This document shows positions 34,142 to 43,310 of a stretch of DNA of 64,000 nt, in pieces (the stretch's first letter is position 1; the number at the start of each line of letters is the position of its first letter). Where the stretch lies: NCBI GenBank assembly GCA_963711565.1, contig CAVQEQ010000003.1:416654-480653 (forward strand), given 5' to 3'. This stretch comes from an uncultured delta proteobacterium (GTDB lineage: Bacteria; Desulfobacterota; Binatia; Binatales; Binataceae). The translations under genes and the position numbers were made by a program. The notes under the pieces were generated by a model. It saw only the letters and a program-made list of their open reading frames with translations. It ran no database searches and was not told the origin of the DNA.

Positions 34142-35686
34142 ATGAATGGAGCTGAGAGCCTGATTCGCACCGCAATCGCGGCCGGCGTCGAAGTGTGTTT
34201 CGCAAATCCGGGGACGACCGAGATGCCGCTGGTGGCGGCGCTCGATTCGGCCGACGGTCTGCGGCCGATTCTCGGATTGTTCGAAGGCGTCTGCACTGGA
34301 GCCGCCGATGGTTACGGACGGATGGCGGAGAAGCCCGCGATGACGCTGCTGCATCTTGGGCCGGGCTTCGCCAACGGTATTGCAAATCTGCACAACGCGC
34401 GACGCGCGCGTTCGCCGATCGTGAATTTAATCGGCGACCACGCGACTTGGCACGTCGGCGCCGACGCACCGCTCACGTCGGACATCGTTTCGCTCGCGAC
34501 GCCGGTTTCGGGATGGGTGCGAAGCGTGCGCAATCCGGCGTCGCTCGCGGGCGCGACTGCGGAGGCGATCGCGGCGGCGGGGCGAGCGCCAGGACAGATT
34601 GCGACGCTGATCATCCCGTCTGACTGCCAGTGGGATCCCGCCGAGACGCACGCCGCGCCGATCGAGGCGGCGGCGTTGCCGATGGTGTCTTCCGATGCGA
34701 TCAAGCGCGCGGCCGAATCGATCCGCAAGGGAAACAAGGTCGCGCTTTTTCTCGGCGGCATGGCACTTCGCGCGCGCGGTCTGAAGGCGGCTGCGCGCAT
34801 CGCTGCGAAATCGGGATGTCATCTCATCTGTGAGACTTTTCCCGCGCGGCTCGAACGCGGCGCGGGCACGCCCAACCTGGATCGCCTGCCCTACTTTCCC
34901 GAACAAGCAATCGAGATGCTGAAGGCGTTCGATACGATCGTCATCGCGGGCGCGAAGAAGCCGGTAGCGTTTTTTGGCTATCCCGATTTTCCGAGTCAGT
35001 TGATTCCCGACGGCATCAACACCATGATTCTCGCCGAGCCGACTGACGACGTTCCGGCTGCTCTGGAAGCGCTCGCGAGCGAAATTGCGGCGCCGGTTGC
35101 GGTCGCGATGCCGTCGAAGATAGCACGCCCCGAACACCCTGTCGGAAAACTCAACGCGATGACCGCAGGCGCCGCGATTGCCGCGACGATGCCCGAGGGT
35201 GCAATTGTGATGGACGAAGCTGCCACGACAGGGCTGCCGTTCCTGGCTGCCTCCGTGGCGGCGCCTGCGCATACGTACCTTTCGCTCACCGGTGGCGCGA
35301 TCGGGCAGGGGTTGCCGTGCGCGACCGGTGCGGCGGTCGCGTGTCCCGACCGGCGCGTGATCGCTTTTCAGGCCGATGGCAGCGCGATGTACACGCTGCA
35401 AGCGCTTTGGACGCAGGCGCGCGAATCGCTCAACGTCACCACAGTGCTGTGCAACAACCACAGCTACCGAATTTTGCAGGTCGAGCTCGCGCGCGCGGGC
35501 GTGACGGAGCCCGGCCGCAAGGCGCGCTCGCTAACCAGTCTTGCCAATCCCGATATCGAGTGGACGAGTCTGGCGCGGGGGTTGGGTGTGCCTGCGGTGC
35601 GCGTCGAGACGGCCGAGGACCTCACGCGCGAGCTGGAACGCTCGCTCGCGACGCCCGGTCCGACGTTGATCGAGATGATTCTTTAA
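34142..35686 (+). CDS. Thiamine-pyrophosphate-dependent enzyme (acetolactate-synthase-like)
   Basis: The N-terminal FANPGTTEM...GYGRM...GPGFANG and the C-terminal TPP-binding motif are both present. Confidence 0.85.
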   Translation: MNGAESLIRTAIAAGVEVCFANPGTTEMPLVAALDSADGLRPILGLFEGVCTGAADGYGRMAEKPAMTLLHLGPGFANGIANLHNARRARSPIVNLIGDHATWHVGADAPLTSDIVSLATPVSGWVRSVRNPASLAGATAEAIAAAGRAPGQIATLIIPSDCQWDPAETHAAPIEAAALPMVSSDAIKRAAESIRKGNKVALFLGGMALRARGLKAAARIAAKSGCHLICETFPARLERGAGTPNLDRLPYFPEQAIEMLKAFDTIVIAGAKKPVAFFGYPDFPSQLIPDGINTMILAEPTDDVPAALEALASEIAAPVAVAMPSKIARPEHPVGKLNAMTAGAAIAATMPEGAIVMDEAATTGLPFLAASVAAPAHTYLSLTGGAIGQGLPCATGAAVACPDRRVIAFQADGSAMYTLQALWTQARESLNVTTVLCNNHSYRILQVELARAGVTEPGRKARSLTSLANPDIEWTSLARGLGVPAVRVETAEDLTRELERSLATPGPTLIEMIL

Positions 35687-35689
35687 TAC

Positions 35690-36307
35690 TTACTCCAGGA
35701 GTTTGAGCGCGGTCTGCAGGTCGGCGATCGTCGCGATCGTGTGATCATGTTCGATGCGGTTGCCGACGCCGATGAAGTGCATGCCTGCGCCGTTGGCAGC
35801 TTCGCGATCGATCCGGCTGTCGCCGATGTACACGGCGCGCGCCGCGCTCACATTCGCGCGATCCAGGCATAGGCGCAGGATGTCGGGCGCCGGCTTGGGG
35901 CGAACCTTGTCGAGCGCGCTCGCGACCGCGTCGAAGACGCCGCCAAGACCAAGATGCTCGACCAGTGCAGGCACGGTCGCCGATCGATTCGTCGCCAGCC
36001 CGAGCTTGTAGCGCCGCTTGAGCTCAAGCATGAACGGGCGCAAGTCGAACGGCGGCCGCAGCATTTTGAAGAACGGCGTCTGATCCATATTGCGCGTCAC
36101 GTCGTGCATCGCGCCAAGCTTGGCCGCGTCGCCACGCGCGCGGGCCGCGAACACCTCGCTTGCGGCATAGGAGACCGCCGAGATTTCCTCGTCGCGATCG
36201 AGCGGCGGTTCGCCGACCTTCGCGAAAATCCAATTGTAATAGGCGACGTTCGATTCGGTGGAATCGAACAGCACGCCGTCGGCGTCGAACATCACTAATT
36301 CAATCAT
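35690..36307 (-). CDS. HAD-superfamily hydrolase (phosphoglycolate-phosphatase-like)
   Basis: Motif I MFDADGVLFDS, motif II LATN, motif III/IV K...GDSRID. Confidence 0.85.
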   Translation of the reverse strand: MIELVMFDADGVLFDSTESNVAYYNWIFAKVGEPPLDRDEEISAVSYAASEVFAARARGDAAKLGAMHDVTRNMDQTPFFKMLRPPFDLRPFMLELKRRYKLGLATNRSATVPALVEHLGLGGVFDAVASALDKVRPKPAPDILRLCLDRANVSAARAVYIGDSRIDREAANGAGMHFIGVGNRIEHDHTIATIADLQTALKLLE

Positions 36308-36352
36308 GTTGAACGAATATTGTGCGTGGCCGGCGCACGCGGCGCCAGAGAG

Positions 36353-36853
36353 TCAACGCGCGGCGCGTTTGCGATCGGCGCGCTCGGTTCGCCGCGCGTG
36401 CGCGGGCACCGGACGGCGCGGAATCGCAACGACTTCGCGGGCCGTCAGATGATCTCCGCAATGCGAGCAGACCATGTCCGGCGCGGTCTTCGCGCCGCAG
36501 ACGCGATGTATCAGCGTCATCGGCGGCCCCGATTCGTCGCTGAGCCAGGTATCGCCCCATCGCATCATCGCGATCAACACCGGATATAGCTCGAGTCCTT
36601 TGCGGGTCAGCCGATACTCGACGCGGCCGCTGTCGCCTTCGCTGCGCGCGCGATCGAGGATCCCGTCGCGAACCAGGTCGCGCAGCCGCGAGCTCAGGAT
36701 GTTGCGCGCGATTCCGATCCCCTGCTGAAACTCGTCGAACCGGTGACGTCCAAGAAAGGTCTCGCGCAGGATCAGCATCGTCCAACGCTCGCCGATTACC
36801 GACAGCGTGCGCGCGACCGAACAATTCAGGTCCTTGACCGAATCCCATCGCAT
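36353..36853 (-). CDS. HxlR-family winged-helix transcriptional regulator
   Basis: CSVARTLSVIGERWTMLILRE...RFDEF...GIARNILSSRLRDLV...Y.LT.KG. Confidence 0.9.
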   Translation of the reverse strand: MRWDSVKDLNCSVARTLSVIGERWTMLILRETFLGRHRFDEFQQGIGIARNILSSRLRDLVRDGILDRARSEGDSGRVEYRLTRKGLELYPVLIAMMRWGDTWLSDESGPPMTLIHRVCGAKTAPDMVCSHCGDHLTAREVVAIPRRPVPAHARRTERADRKRAAR

Positions 36854-37028
36854 GGGCGTCTGTCACTCTCCTCCCCCGAAACTTCGCGCGCCGCGACGTT
36901 CCCCAACGTCCGGACGCGAAGAAAATATCGTTGCACTTTGAAACCGAGTTTACCAGCGGTGCATCAGCTGCATTCAAACTGACGACAATCTCGCAAGCGC
37001 GCGCGCAGCGGCGAGCCGGGACTGGGAT

Positions 37029-37154
37029 TCAGCGCCACCAATCAGCGAGAAACTCTCTGATCTCGTTGGTGATGGACGCATAGTGCGTCCACACATATGC
37101 GACCGCAAGACCGATTGCGACCCAGACCAATAACCGCGATATTGCCCGGTCCAT
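37029..37154 (-). CDS. Possible 41 aa single-TM micro-protein (below the ORF-track cutoff)
   Basis: My own translation gives MDRAISRLLVWVAIGLAVAYVWTHYASITNEIREFLADWWR. It sits in an otherwise empty 580 bp gap. The call is speculative. Confidence 0.2.
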   Translation of the reverse strand: MDRAISRLLVWVAIGLAVAYVWTHYASITNEIREFLADWWR

Positions 37155-37435
37155 CGTTACCGGCACTTCCACCCTTCTGAAAAAGGAACGGGTCGGCGTT
37201 CGCTGTCATTAAACGCCAACCCTTTTTGCCGACTGGGTAAAGGGGGGCAAAACCGAGCCGACTATCTTCAAATACTAGATTAGGTGTTTGCATCAATTGA
37301 GGCGATGGCGGCCCGTTTTGCGTGGCAGAGCCGTCGCGTCAGCCCCTGGGACAGTTGCGATTGACTACAGCGCCTGATAGCAGTTGCAAAGTGAAACTGG
37401 AGGCGCCCGCGGATTGTGCCGCAGGGAGATAAGCG

Positions 37436-38017
37436 ATGGCGAAGCAGATCGAATTCTTTTACGACTACCTGAGCCCATTCAGCTATCTTGCGGACACGCA
37501 GTTGCCGGCGATTGCGCGACGCACCGGGGCAGAAATCGTTTATCGGCCGATTCTGATGGGCGCGGTCATGAAGAACGCCGGCAACGCGGGACCACTCTCG
37601 ATACCGTCGAAGGCGGCATACAATGTCGCGGAATTTCAGCGATGGGCAAAACGTTACGGCGTCCCCGCTCAGTTCAGTCCGTATTTTCCGTTCAACACGA
37701 TTCGCATCGTGCGCGGAGCAATCGCCGCGCAACTGCTTGGCCGCTTCCGGCAGTTCCATTCGGCGGCGTTTCGCGCGATCTGGGAGCAAGGGCAGGATCT
37801 CAGCAAGGAGGAGGCGATACGCCGGCTGCTGGGCGAGGTGGGAATCGAGCCGGCGCTAATCGAAAGCGACGACATCAAGAACCGGCTGCGAGCCAATGTG
37901 GACGAGGCCGTCAGCCGTGGAGCGTTCGGCGCGCCGACGTTTTTCGTCAATCGCGAAATGTTCTGGGGCAACGATCGATTGGATTTTGTGGAAGAAGCGA
38001 TCGTGCGGCAGGCATGA
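37436..38017 (+). CDS. 2-hydroxychromene-2-carboxylate isomerase / DsbA-family oxidoreductase
   Basis: FFYDYLSPFSYL at the N-terminus and GAFGAPTFFV...FWGNDRL at the C-terminus. Confidence 0.85.
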   Translation: MAKQIEFFYDYLSPFSYLADTQLPAIARRTGAEIVYRPILMGAVMKNAGNAGPLSIPSKAAYNVAEFQRWAKRYGVPAQFSPYFPFNTIRIVRGAIAAQLLGRFRQFHSAAFRAIWEQGQDLSKEEAIRRLLGEVGIEPALIESDDIKNRLRANVDEAVSRGAFGAPTFFVNREMFWGNDRLDFVEEAIVRQA

Positions 38018-38094
38018 CGCGAGTTTCATCGTTGCACGATCCGTGAGATAGATCTGAAAGTTGCGCCGGCACCCTTTCGACGGAGGTCATTCAG

Positions 38095-39063
38095 ATGAAA
38101 GCAGTTGTATTCGAAAAGCTTGGCGGGCCTGAGGTGATGAAGATTGCCGAGGTTCCGAAGCCCGAGGTGAAGCCCGGGTTCGTTCTGATCAAGGTGCGCG
38201 CGGCCGGAATCAACTTCGCCGATACATTGTTCCGGCAGGGGCAGTATCTCATGCAACCCAGTCTGCCCGATACTCCGGGGCTCGAGGCTGCGGGCGAAAT
38301 CGAAGCAGTGGGCGCGGGTGTCGCGAATCTCAAGCAGGGTCAGCGCGTCGCCGCGCTCGGGAGCAAGATGTACGCGGAGTACGCGCTTGCACCTGCCGCG
38401 CAGGTGATTCCGCTCGCCGACTCGATCAGCTTCGAGCATGCGGCGGCGTTTCCAGTGCAGGTGCTGACCGCATGGCACATGCTGCACACGTCTCATCAAA
38501 CCGGCCCCGGACAGACAGTGCTGGTGCATTCGGCGGCGGGCGGCGTCGGAATTGTCGCGGTGCAAATCGCGAAAGCCGCGGGCGCGCGCGTGATCGGAAC
38601 CGTATCGAGCGCCGGCAAGGCCGCGCTTATCAAGGAGTACGGCGCGGACGACGCGATCAACTACGCGACCGACGATTTCGCAGCCGAGGCGAACCGCCTT
38701 ACCGGCGGACGCGGCGTCGATCTGATCCTGGATGCGGTCGGCGCGACCACGTTGGAGAAAGGTCTAACGTGTCTCGCTCCGCTCGGACATCTGACGCTCT
38801 ACGGACGCGCCGGCGGTCCGCCCGAACCGCTCAACCTGTTCAAGCTGTTCGAGAAATCAATCAAGGTGAGCGGCTTCACGTTGTACGCGGTGGCTGCTGT
38901 GCCTGACGCGATGCGCCGCGGAATCGAGGAGTCGTTCAAGCTGATCGCGGCGGGAAAGCTAAAGCTGCTCGTCGGCAAATCGTTCCCGCTTGTGCAGGCC
39001 GCAGAAGCGCACAAGTTCATGGAATCGCGCCAATCGACCGGCAAGCTGGTGCTGATTCCGTAG
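38095..39063 (+). CDS. NADPH:quinone oxidoreductase (zeta-crystallin / MDR family)
   Basis: GINFADTL.RQG.Y and the nucleotide-binding AAGGVG are present. There are no Zn ligands, as expected for Qor-type enzymes. Confidence 0.88.
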   Translation: MKAVVFEKLGGPEVMKIAEVPKPEVKPGFVLIKVRAAGINFADTLFRQGQYLMQPSLPDTPGLEAAGEIEAVGAGVANLKQGQRVAALGSKMYAEYALAPAAQVIPLADSISFEHAAAFPVQVLTAWHMLHTSHQTGPGQTVLVHSAAGGVGIVAVQIAKAAGARVIGTVSSAGKAALIKEYGADDAINYATDDFAAEANRLTGGRGVDLILDAVGATTLEKGLTCLAPLGHLTLYGRAGGPPEPLNLFKLFEKSIKVSGFTLYAVAAVPDAMRRGIEESFKLIAAGKLKLLVGKSFPLVQAAEAHKFMESRQSTGKLVLIP

Positions 39064-39209
39064 CTAACAAAGCGGCTCACGATTTCGATTCGGCGTAAGT
39101 CGCAATTTGCAAGTCAGTAGCAATTTGCAACTGGCTTTGGAACTCAAGAAAGTCGTCTGCGTCTGAAATTCTTCGCACGCACGCAGGAACATTTTCCCGC
39201 GCGCCGCAA

Positions 39210-39225
39210 TGGCATCCGAGTTGCT
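39210..39225 (+). promoter_or_regulatory. Candidate sigma-54 (-24/-12) promoter for the DUF1329 gene
   Basis: TGGCAT-ccgag-TTGCT matches TGGCAC-N5-TTGCW with correct GG/GC spacing. It lies about 35 nt upstream of the ATG at 39260, which has a GGAGGAG SD. Confidence 0.5.
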
Positions 39226-39259
39226 TGCTCCTTTCCATTTCCCGCCGGAGGAGTAACTC

Positions 39260-40582
39260 ATGGAACATTTGAGTAAGGATGTTCGAAGGGAGCGCGAGTG
39301 GCCTGCGTCGGCTCGTATGGCCATCGCCATGATTGCCGCGTTGACGTTCATTGCGATCGCCGCGGTCGCGCGCGCCGAGGTCAAGCCGGGAGACGTGATC
39401 ACGCCGGCCAACGCCTCGCAGGTAAAGGATCTCGTTTCGCCGGGCGTGTACTACAAGGTCGTCAACGGGATGTCGATGAAGATCGTGCCGAGCGGACGCA
39501 TCGACTGGCCGCCGCCCTACAAGGATGCGACCGAGAAGTATTCGGCGCAGGTGCGTCTCAGCCGCGACAATCGGAGCCTCGTCGGTTACGTCGCCGGGCA
39601 GCCGTTCCCGCTGATCGACACCAACGATCCGGAGGTGGCGACCAAGATCATGTGGAACAACGTGTTTCGGCCGCTGCTCACCGACGACTACGACCTGCGC
39701 TTCTACGATTGCGAGAGCGTTTACGGCGGGCGCAACAAGCCCAACAACGTGATTCAGTATTATCAGATCGGGCACTACGCCGGTTACGATTTGGTGGGAC
39801 GCGTCGAGGTAGAACCGATGCCGGTCGATCCCGATTTCAAGAAGACCAACCGGCTGTGGCTGTTCGGGCTCTACCCGGTGCTTTCGCCGCAGGCCGAGCG
39901 CGGCAATGGAATTATTCGCTACCGCTATGAGCAGCCCGACCGCGGCGATGACGATTGGAGCTGGAATGCCGGCACGCGTAGGGTGCGACGCCTCAACGAG
40001 GCCCTCGAGAGCACGGCGACCAGCGCGCAAACCTGGAATCCCGATCACTACTCGGGCTTCAACGCCAAGACCGAGGAGTACGATTACAAGTTTCTCGGCG
40101 AGCGCGAGATGCTTGGGGTCGCGCACGCCGAGCATTCGCCCGAGTTGAAATGCTCCACTGACGGCGGTGCGAGCGCATGCCCTGAGGCGTGGGAGATGCG
40201 TCATATCTATGTGGTCGAGGCGGCGCCGCGGCGCGAACTGATCTCGGAAGCGCTACAGAGCAAGACCATCGTTTATATGGACTCCGAGATGTGGTTCCAG
40301 CCGTATATCGATGAATACGATCAGCATGGCCAGCTGTGGCTGAATCACATCTGGTGGACCACGTATCGCGATCGCCCGGTGCCGGACGCGCGGGTGGCGA
40401 TCTATCCGTTCAAACGCGAGTTTGAAGTTGGCGCGGTCGCGACTGATGTGCAGAGCGGCTTCGCGACGATGTGCTATCTACCGGGCTTGCAAACTCCGGA
40501 GCGCGAATGCTGGTACATCAACATGGGCGCGGTGGACAAGGATTTCTTCACGACCGACGCGATGGTGAAGGCGGCGCCGTAG
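39260..40582 (+). CDS. DUF1329-family periplasmic/outer-membrane-associated protein
   Basis: Signal peptide MAIAMIAALTFIAIAAVARA, then G.VIT..NA.QVKDL.SPG and GQPFPLIDTNDP...KIMWN, typical of DUF1329. Confidence 0.8.
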   Translation: MEHLSKDVRREREWPASARMAIAMIAALTFIAIAAVARAEVKPGDVITPANASQVKDLVSPGVYYKVVNGMSMKIVPSGRIDWPPPYKDATEKYSAQVRLSRDNRSLVGYVAGQPFPLIDTNDPEVATKIMWNNVFRPLLTDDYDLRFYDCESVYGGRNKPNNVIQYYQIGHYAGYDLVGRVEVEPMPVDPDFKKTNRLWLFGLYPVLSPQAERGNGIIRYRYEQPDRGDDDWSWNAGTRRVRRLNEALESTATSAQTWNPDHYSGFNAKTEEYDYKFLGEREMLGVAHAEHSPELKCSTDGGASACPEAWEMRHIYVVEAAPRRELISEALQSKTIVYMDSEMWFQPYIDEYDQHGQLWLNHIWWTTYRDRPVPDARVAIYPFKREFEVGAVATDVQSGFATMCYLPGLQTPERECWYINMGAVDKDFFTTDAMVKAAP

Positions 40583-40669
40583 CGGTCAGATCTGTCGATG
40601 GGGCGAGGCTCGCGCCCGCCCCGATCGTCTTTTCCGAGCGAGCTTGACTCATTCCGCGCAGCAGGCTTA

Positions 40670-40710
40670 ATTAACTGATCAGTTAATATTGCTGTTAACC
40701 GTTCAGTTAA
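40670..40710. promoter_or_regulatory. Palindromic operator pair overlapping a sigma-70-like promoter of the TetR-efflux operon
   Basis: ATTAACTGATCAGTTAAT is an 18 bp perfect palindrome at 40670-40687, with a second imperfect copy TTAACCGTTCAGTTAA at 40695-40710. A candidate -35 TTGACT lies at 40644-40649, and TTAATT lies 17 nt downstream of it. Confidence 0.6.
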
Positions 40711-40718
40711 TTGGAATT

Positions 40719-41387
40719 ATGTCCGCCCCGCGTACCACTGTCCGTAACCTCAACCGCACGCGCGACAAGATCCTCGCCGCCGCACTCGCCGAGTTCTCGG
40801 CGCGCGGCTTTGCCGGCGCGCGCGTCAACGCGATCGCCCGGCGCGCCCGCGTGAACAAGCGCATGCTCTACTATTGCTTCGGCGCCAAGCAGGACCTCTA
40901 TCGCGAAATCCTGCGACGCAAAATCGCCGACCGCGCCGAGTGGCTCGAATCCACGCCCGACGACTTCGCCGGAGTGCTCGCACATATCTATCTGTCGGGA
41001 GGCACCGATATCGATTTCGTGCGCCTGATGGAGTGGGAGGCAATCGACAGCGGCGGCAGAAAATGTATTGCAGAGGCCGAGCGCCGCGCGCTGTTCGAGA
41101 AGGCGGTCGCCCGCCTTGCTGTGCTGCAGCGCAAGGGATCGATTCCCCGCGGCGTCAATCTGACTCAACTTTTCATTTCGATGTTGTCGCTGGCTTTGTT
41201 CCCAATGGTCATGCCGCAAGTGATTCGCCTCATCCACGGCATGGAACCTACCGACCCTCGCTTTATGCGTCAGCGTGCGAGTTTTTTGCGCTGGCTCGGA
41301 GAGCGCCTGATGAGAGGCACGGAGTCCGCACGAGTTCAGCCGCGACGCCGGCGCATTCCATCCAAAAGGGCCGGTCAGCTCGCATGA
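40719..41387 (+). CDS. TetR/AcrR-family transcriptional repressor (CecR/YbiH-like by context)
   Basis: HTH region TRDKILAAALAEFSARGFAGARVNAIARRARVNKRMLYYCF. Its stop codon overlaps the HlyD start (ATGA). Confidence 0.9.
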   Translation: MSAPRTTVRNLNRTRDKILAAALAEFSARGFAGARVNAIARRARVNKRMLYYCFGAKQDLYREILRRKIADRAEWLESTPDDFAGVLAHIYLSGGTDIDFVRLMEWEAIDSGGRKCIAEAERRALFEKAVARLAVLQRKGSIPRGVNLTQLFISMLSLALFPMVMPQVIRLIHGMEPTDPRFMRQRASFLRWLGERLMRGTESARVQPRRRRIPSKRAGQLA

Positions 41388-42376
41388 GGAAGCGAATCGT
41401 ACTCATCATCGCGATCCTGATACTCGGCGCCGGTGCGTGGACGGGTTATTCGATGCTCTTCACGGACCAGGCCGCGACCGACGACCTGCTCGTTTCCGGC
41501 AACATCGAAGCCCACGAAAGCGTCGTCAGTTTCAAGGCCGTGCAATCGCGCATCGTTGAATTGCCGTTCGACGAGGGCCAGTGGGTGGCGGCCGGCACGC
41601 TGCTGGCGCGGCTCGACGACAGCGACTACCGGCAACAGGTCGCGATCAACGAAGCCGCTCTCCAGGTGCAGGAGCAGCAGCTCACGTCAGCGGTGCAGAA
41701 ACTCGAGGCTGCGCGCGCGACAGTCACCGACGATAATGCCGACCTCGGGCAAAAGAATATCGACTACGTCCGCAGTGAGAAGCTCTGGAGCGACAAAATC
41801 ATCTCCGGCGACCAGCGCGACCATACCGACACCGCGCTCAAGCAGTCGAATGCCGCGTTGCAACGAGACCTCGCGATGGAGCGCAGCGCGCAGCAAGACA
41901 TCGAGGTCGCCAAGGCAAACATCCGCAGCGCGAGCGAGAATCTAGAGCTCGCAAAGATCACGCTCGGCTACACGACCCTGCGCGCACCGTTCTCGGGCGT
42001 CATTCTCACGCGTCAGACCGAGCTGGGAGAGGTGATGCAGCCAGGCACGCCGGTAGTTACGCTGGCCGATCTCGATCACGTCTGGCTGCGCGCTTACGTG
42101 GCCGAAACCGATCTCGGCCGAATCCGATGGGGTCAGGCGGCGACGGTTCACACCGACACGTATCCCGGCAAAGCGTACCCGGGGCGGATCTCTTTCATCG
42201 CGTCGGAGGCGGAGTTCACGCCCAAGAGCGTCGAGACCCACAAGGAGCGCGTGACGCTGGTCTATCGCATCAAGATTGACGTTGAAAATCCGCGGCACGA
42301 ACTGAAGCCCGGGATGCCCGCGGACGCGACCATTCACCTCGGCCCGCCCGAGCAAACCGGCAACAGTCGTGGATGA
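41384..42376 (+). CDS. HlyD-family membrane-fusion/periplasmic adaptor protein (YbhG-like)
   Basis: N-terminal TM helix MRKRIVLIIAILILGAGAW, a lipoyl-like hairpin, coiled coils, and C-terminal KPGMPADA. Confidence 0.85.
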   Translation: MRKRIVLIIAILILGAGAWTGYSMLFTDQAATDDLLVSGNIEAHESVVSFKAVQSRIVELPFDEGQWVAAGTLLARLDDSDYRQQVAINEAALQVQEQQLTSAVQKLEAARATVTDDNADLGQKNIDYVRSEKLWSDKIISGDQRDHTDTALKQSNAALQRDLAMERSAQQDIEVAKANIRSASENLELAKITLGYTTLRAPFSGVILTRQTELGEVMQPGTPVVTLADLDHVWLRAYVAETDLGRIRWGQAATVHTDTYPGKAYPGRISFIASEAEFTPKSVETHKERVTLVYRIKIDVENPRHELKPGMPADATIHLGPPEQTGNSRG

Positions 42377-43310
42377 GAAAACCGTCGTCGTCCGCGACCT
42401 GGTCAAGGATTTCCCGGGCGTCCGCGCGATCGATCACCTGAGCTTCGAGGTCTCGCCGGGTGAAATTTTCGGTATCGTCGGACCCGACGGCGCCGGCAAA
42501 ACCACCACCATGCGCATCCTCGCTGGAGTGCTCCCGCCCGACGCCGGCACCGCGACGGTCGCGCAGTGCGACGTGGTGGCCGACCCCGAAGGCGTCAAGA
42601 ATCTCATTAGCTACATGCCGCAGCGCTTCGGCCTCTATGAAGATTTGACGGTGGACGAGAATATCCGATTCTATTCGGACCTGTTCGGGGTTCGCAGACG
42701 AGACCGCGAGGCGCGCGCCGCCGAGCTGCTGCGCGCGTGCGGCATGAGCGAGTTTCGCGCCCGTCAGGCCGGCAAGCTCTCCGGCGGCATGAAGCAAAAG
42801 CTCGGTCTCGTCTGCGCGCTGATACATACCCCGCGCGTGTTGCTGCTCGACGAGCCGACCAACGGCGTCGATCCGGTTTCGCGGCGCGAATTCTGGGCGA
42901 TGCTCTATTCGCTCGTGGGCCAGGGCGTCACCGTAGTCAACTCGACCGCATATCTCGACGAAGCCGAGCGATGCCATCGCGTCGCGCTGCTTCATCAGGG
43001 TCGCCTGCTGTTCTGCGACTCGCCTGCGCGCCTCAAGTCGCGACTCCAGGGCTCGGTCGTATCGATCGTGTCGTCCGAGGCGCGCCGCGTCCGCGACGAA
43101 CTCGCGGCATCCGAGGGCGTATCGAGCGTGGTGCTGGTGGGCGACGCGGTTCATCTGTTTGTCGATGATGCCGACCGGCGCATCTCCGAATTCAGCGCAC
43201 GGTTAACCGGCGCGCAGATTCCATTTGACGAGATCGTCCGCGTCACACCGACCATCGAAGATCTTTTCGTCGAGGCCGTGCGCAAAGACTCGACTCACGT
43301 GGCTGCATGA
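42369..43310 (+). CDS. ABC transporter ATP-binding protein (YbhF N-half-like)
   Basis: Walker A GPDGAGKTTT, signature LSGGMKQKL, Walker B LLLDEPT. Confidence 0.92.
   Translation: MDEKTVVVRDLVKDFPGVRAIDHLSFEVSPGEIFGIVGPDGAGKTTTMRILAGVLPPDAGTATVAQCDVVADPEGVKNLISYMPQRFGLYEDLTVDENIRFYSDLFGVRRRDREARAAELLRACGMSEFRARQAGKLSGGMKQKLGLVCALIHTPRVLLLDEPTNGVDPVSRREFWAMLYSLVGQGVTVVNSTAYLDEAERCHRVALLHQGRLLFCDSPARLKSRLQGSVVSIVSSEARRVRDELAASEGVSSVVLVGDAVHLFVDDADRRISEFSARLTGAQIPFDEIVRVTPTIEDLFVEAVRKDSTHVAA

Noticed and set aside
37042-37789. ORFs 37042-37296 and 37280-37789 (minus strand) and 37384-38046 (plus strand)
   Set aside because: They have no motifs, odd composition and no ribosome binding site. The latter two overlap the clearly recognisable HCCA-isomerase gene.
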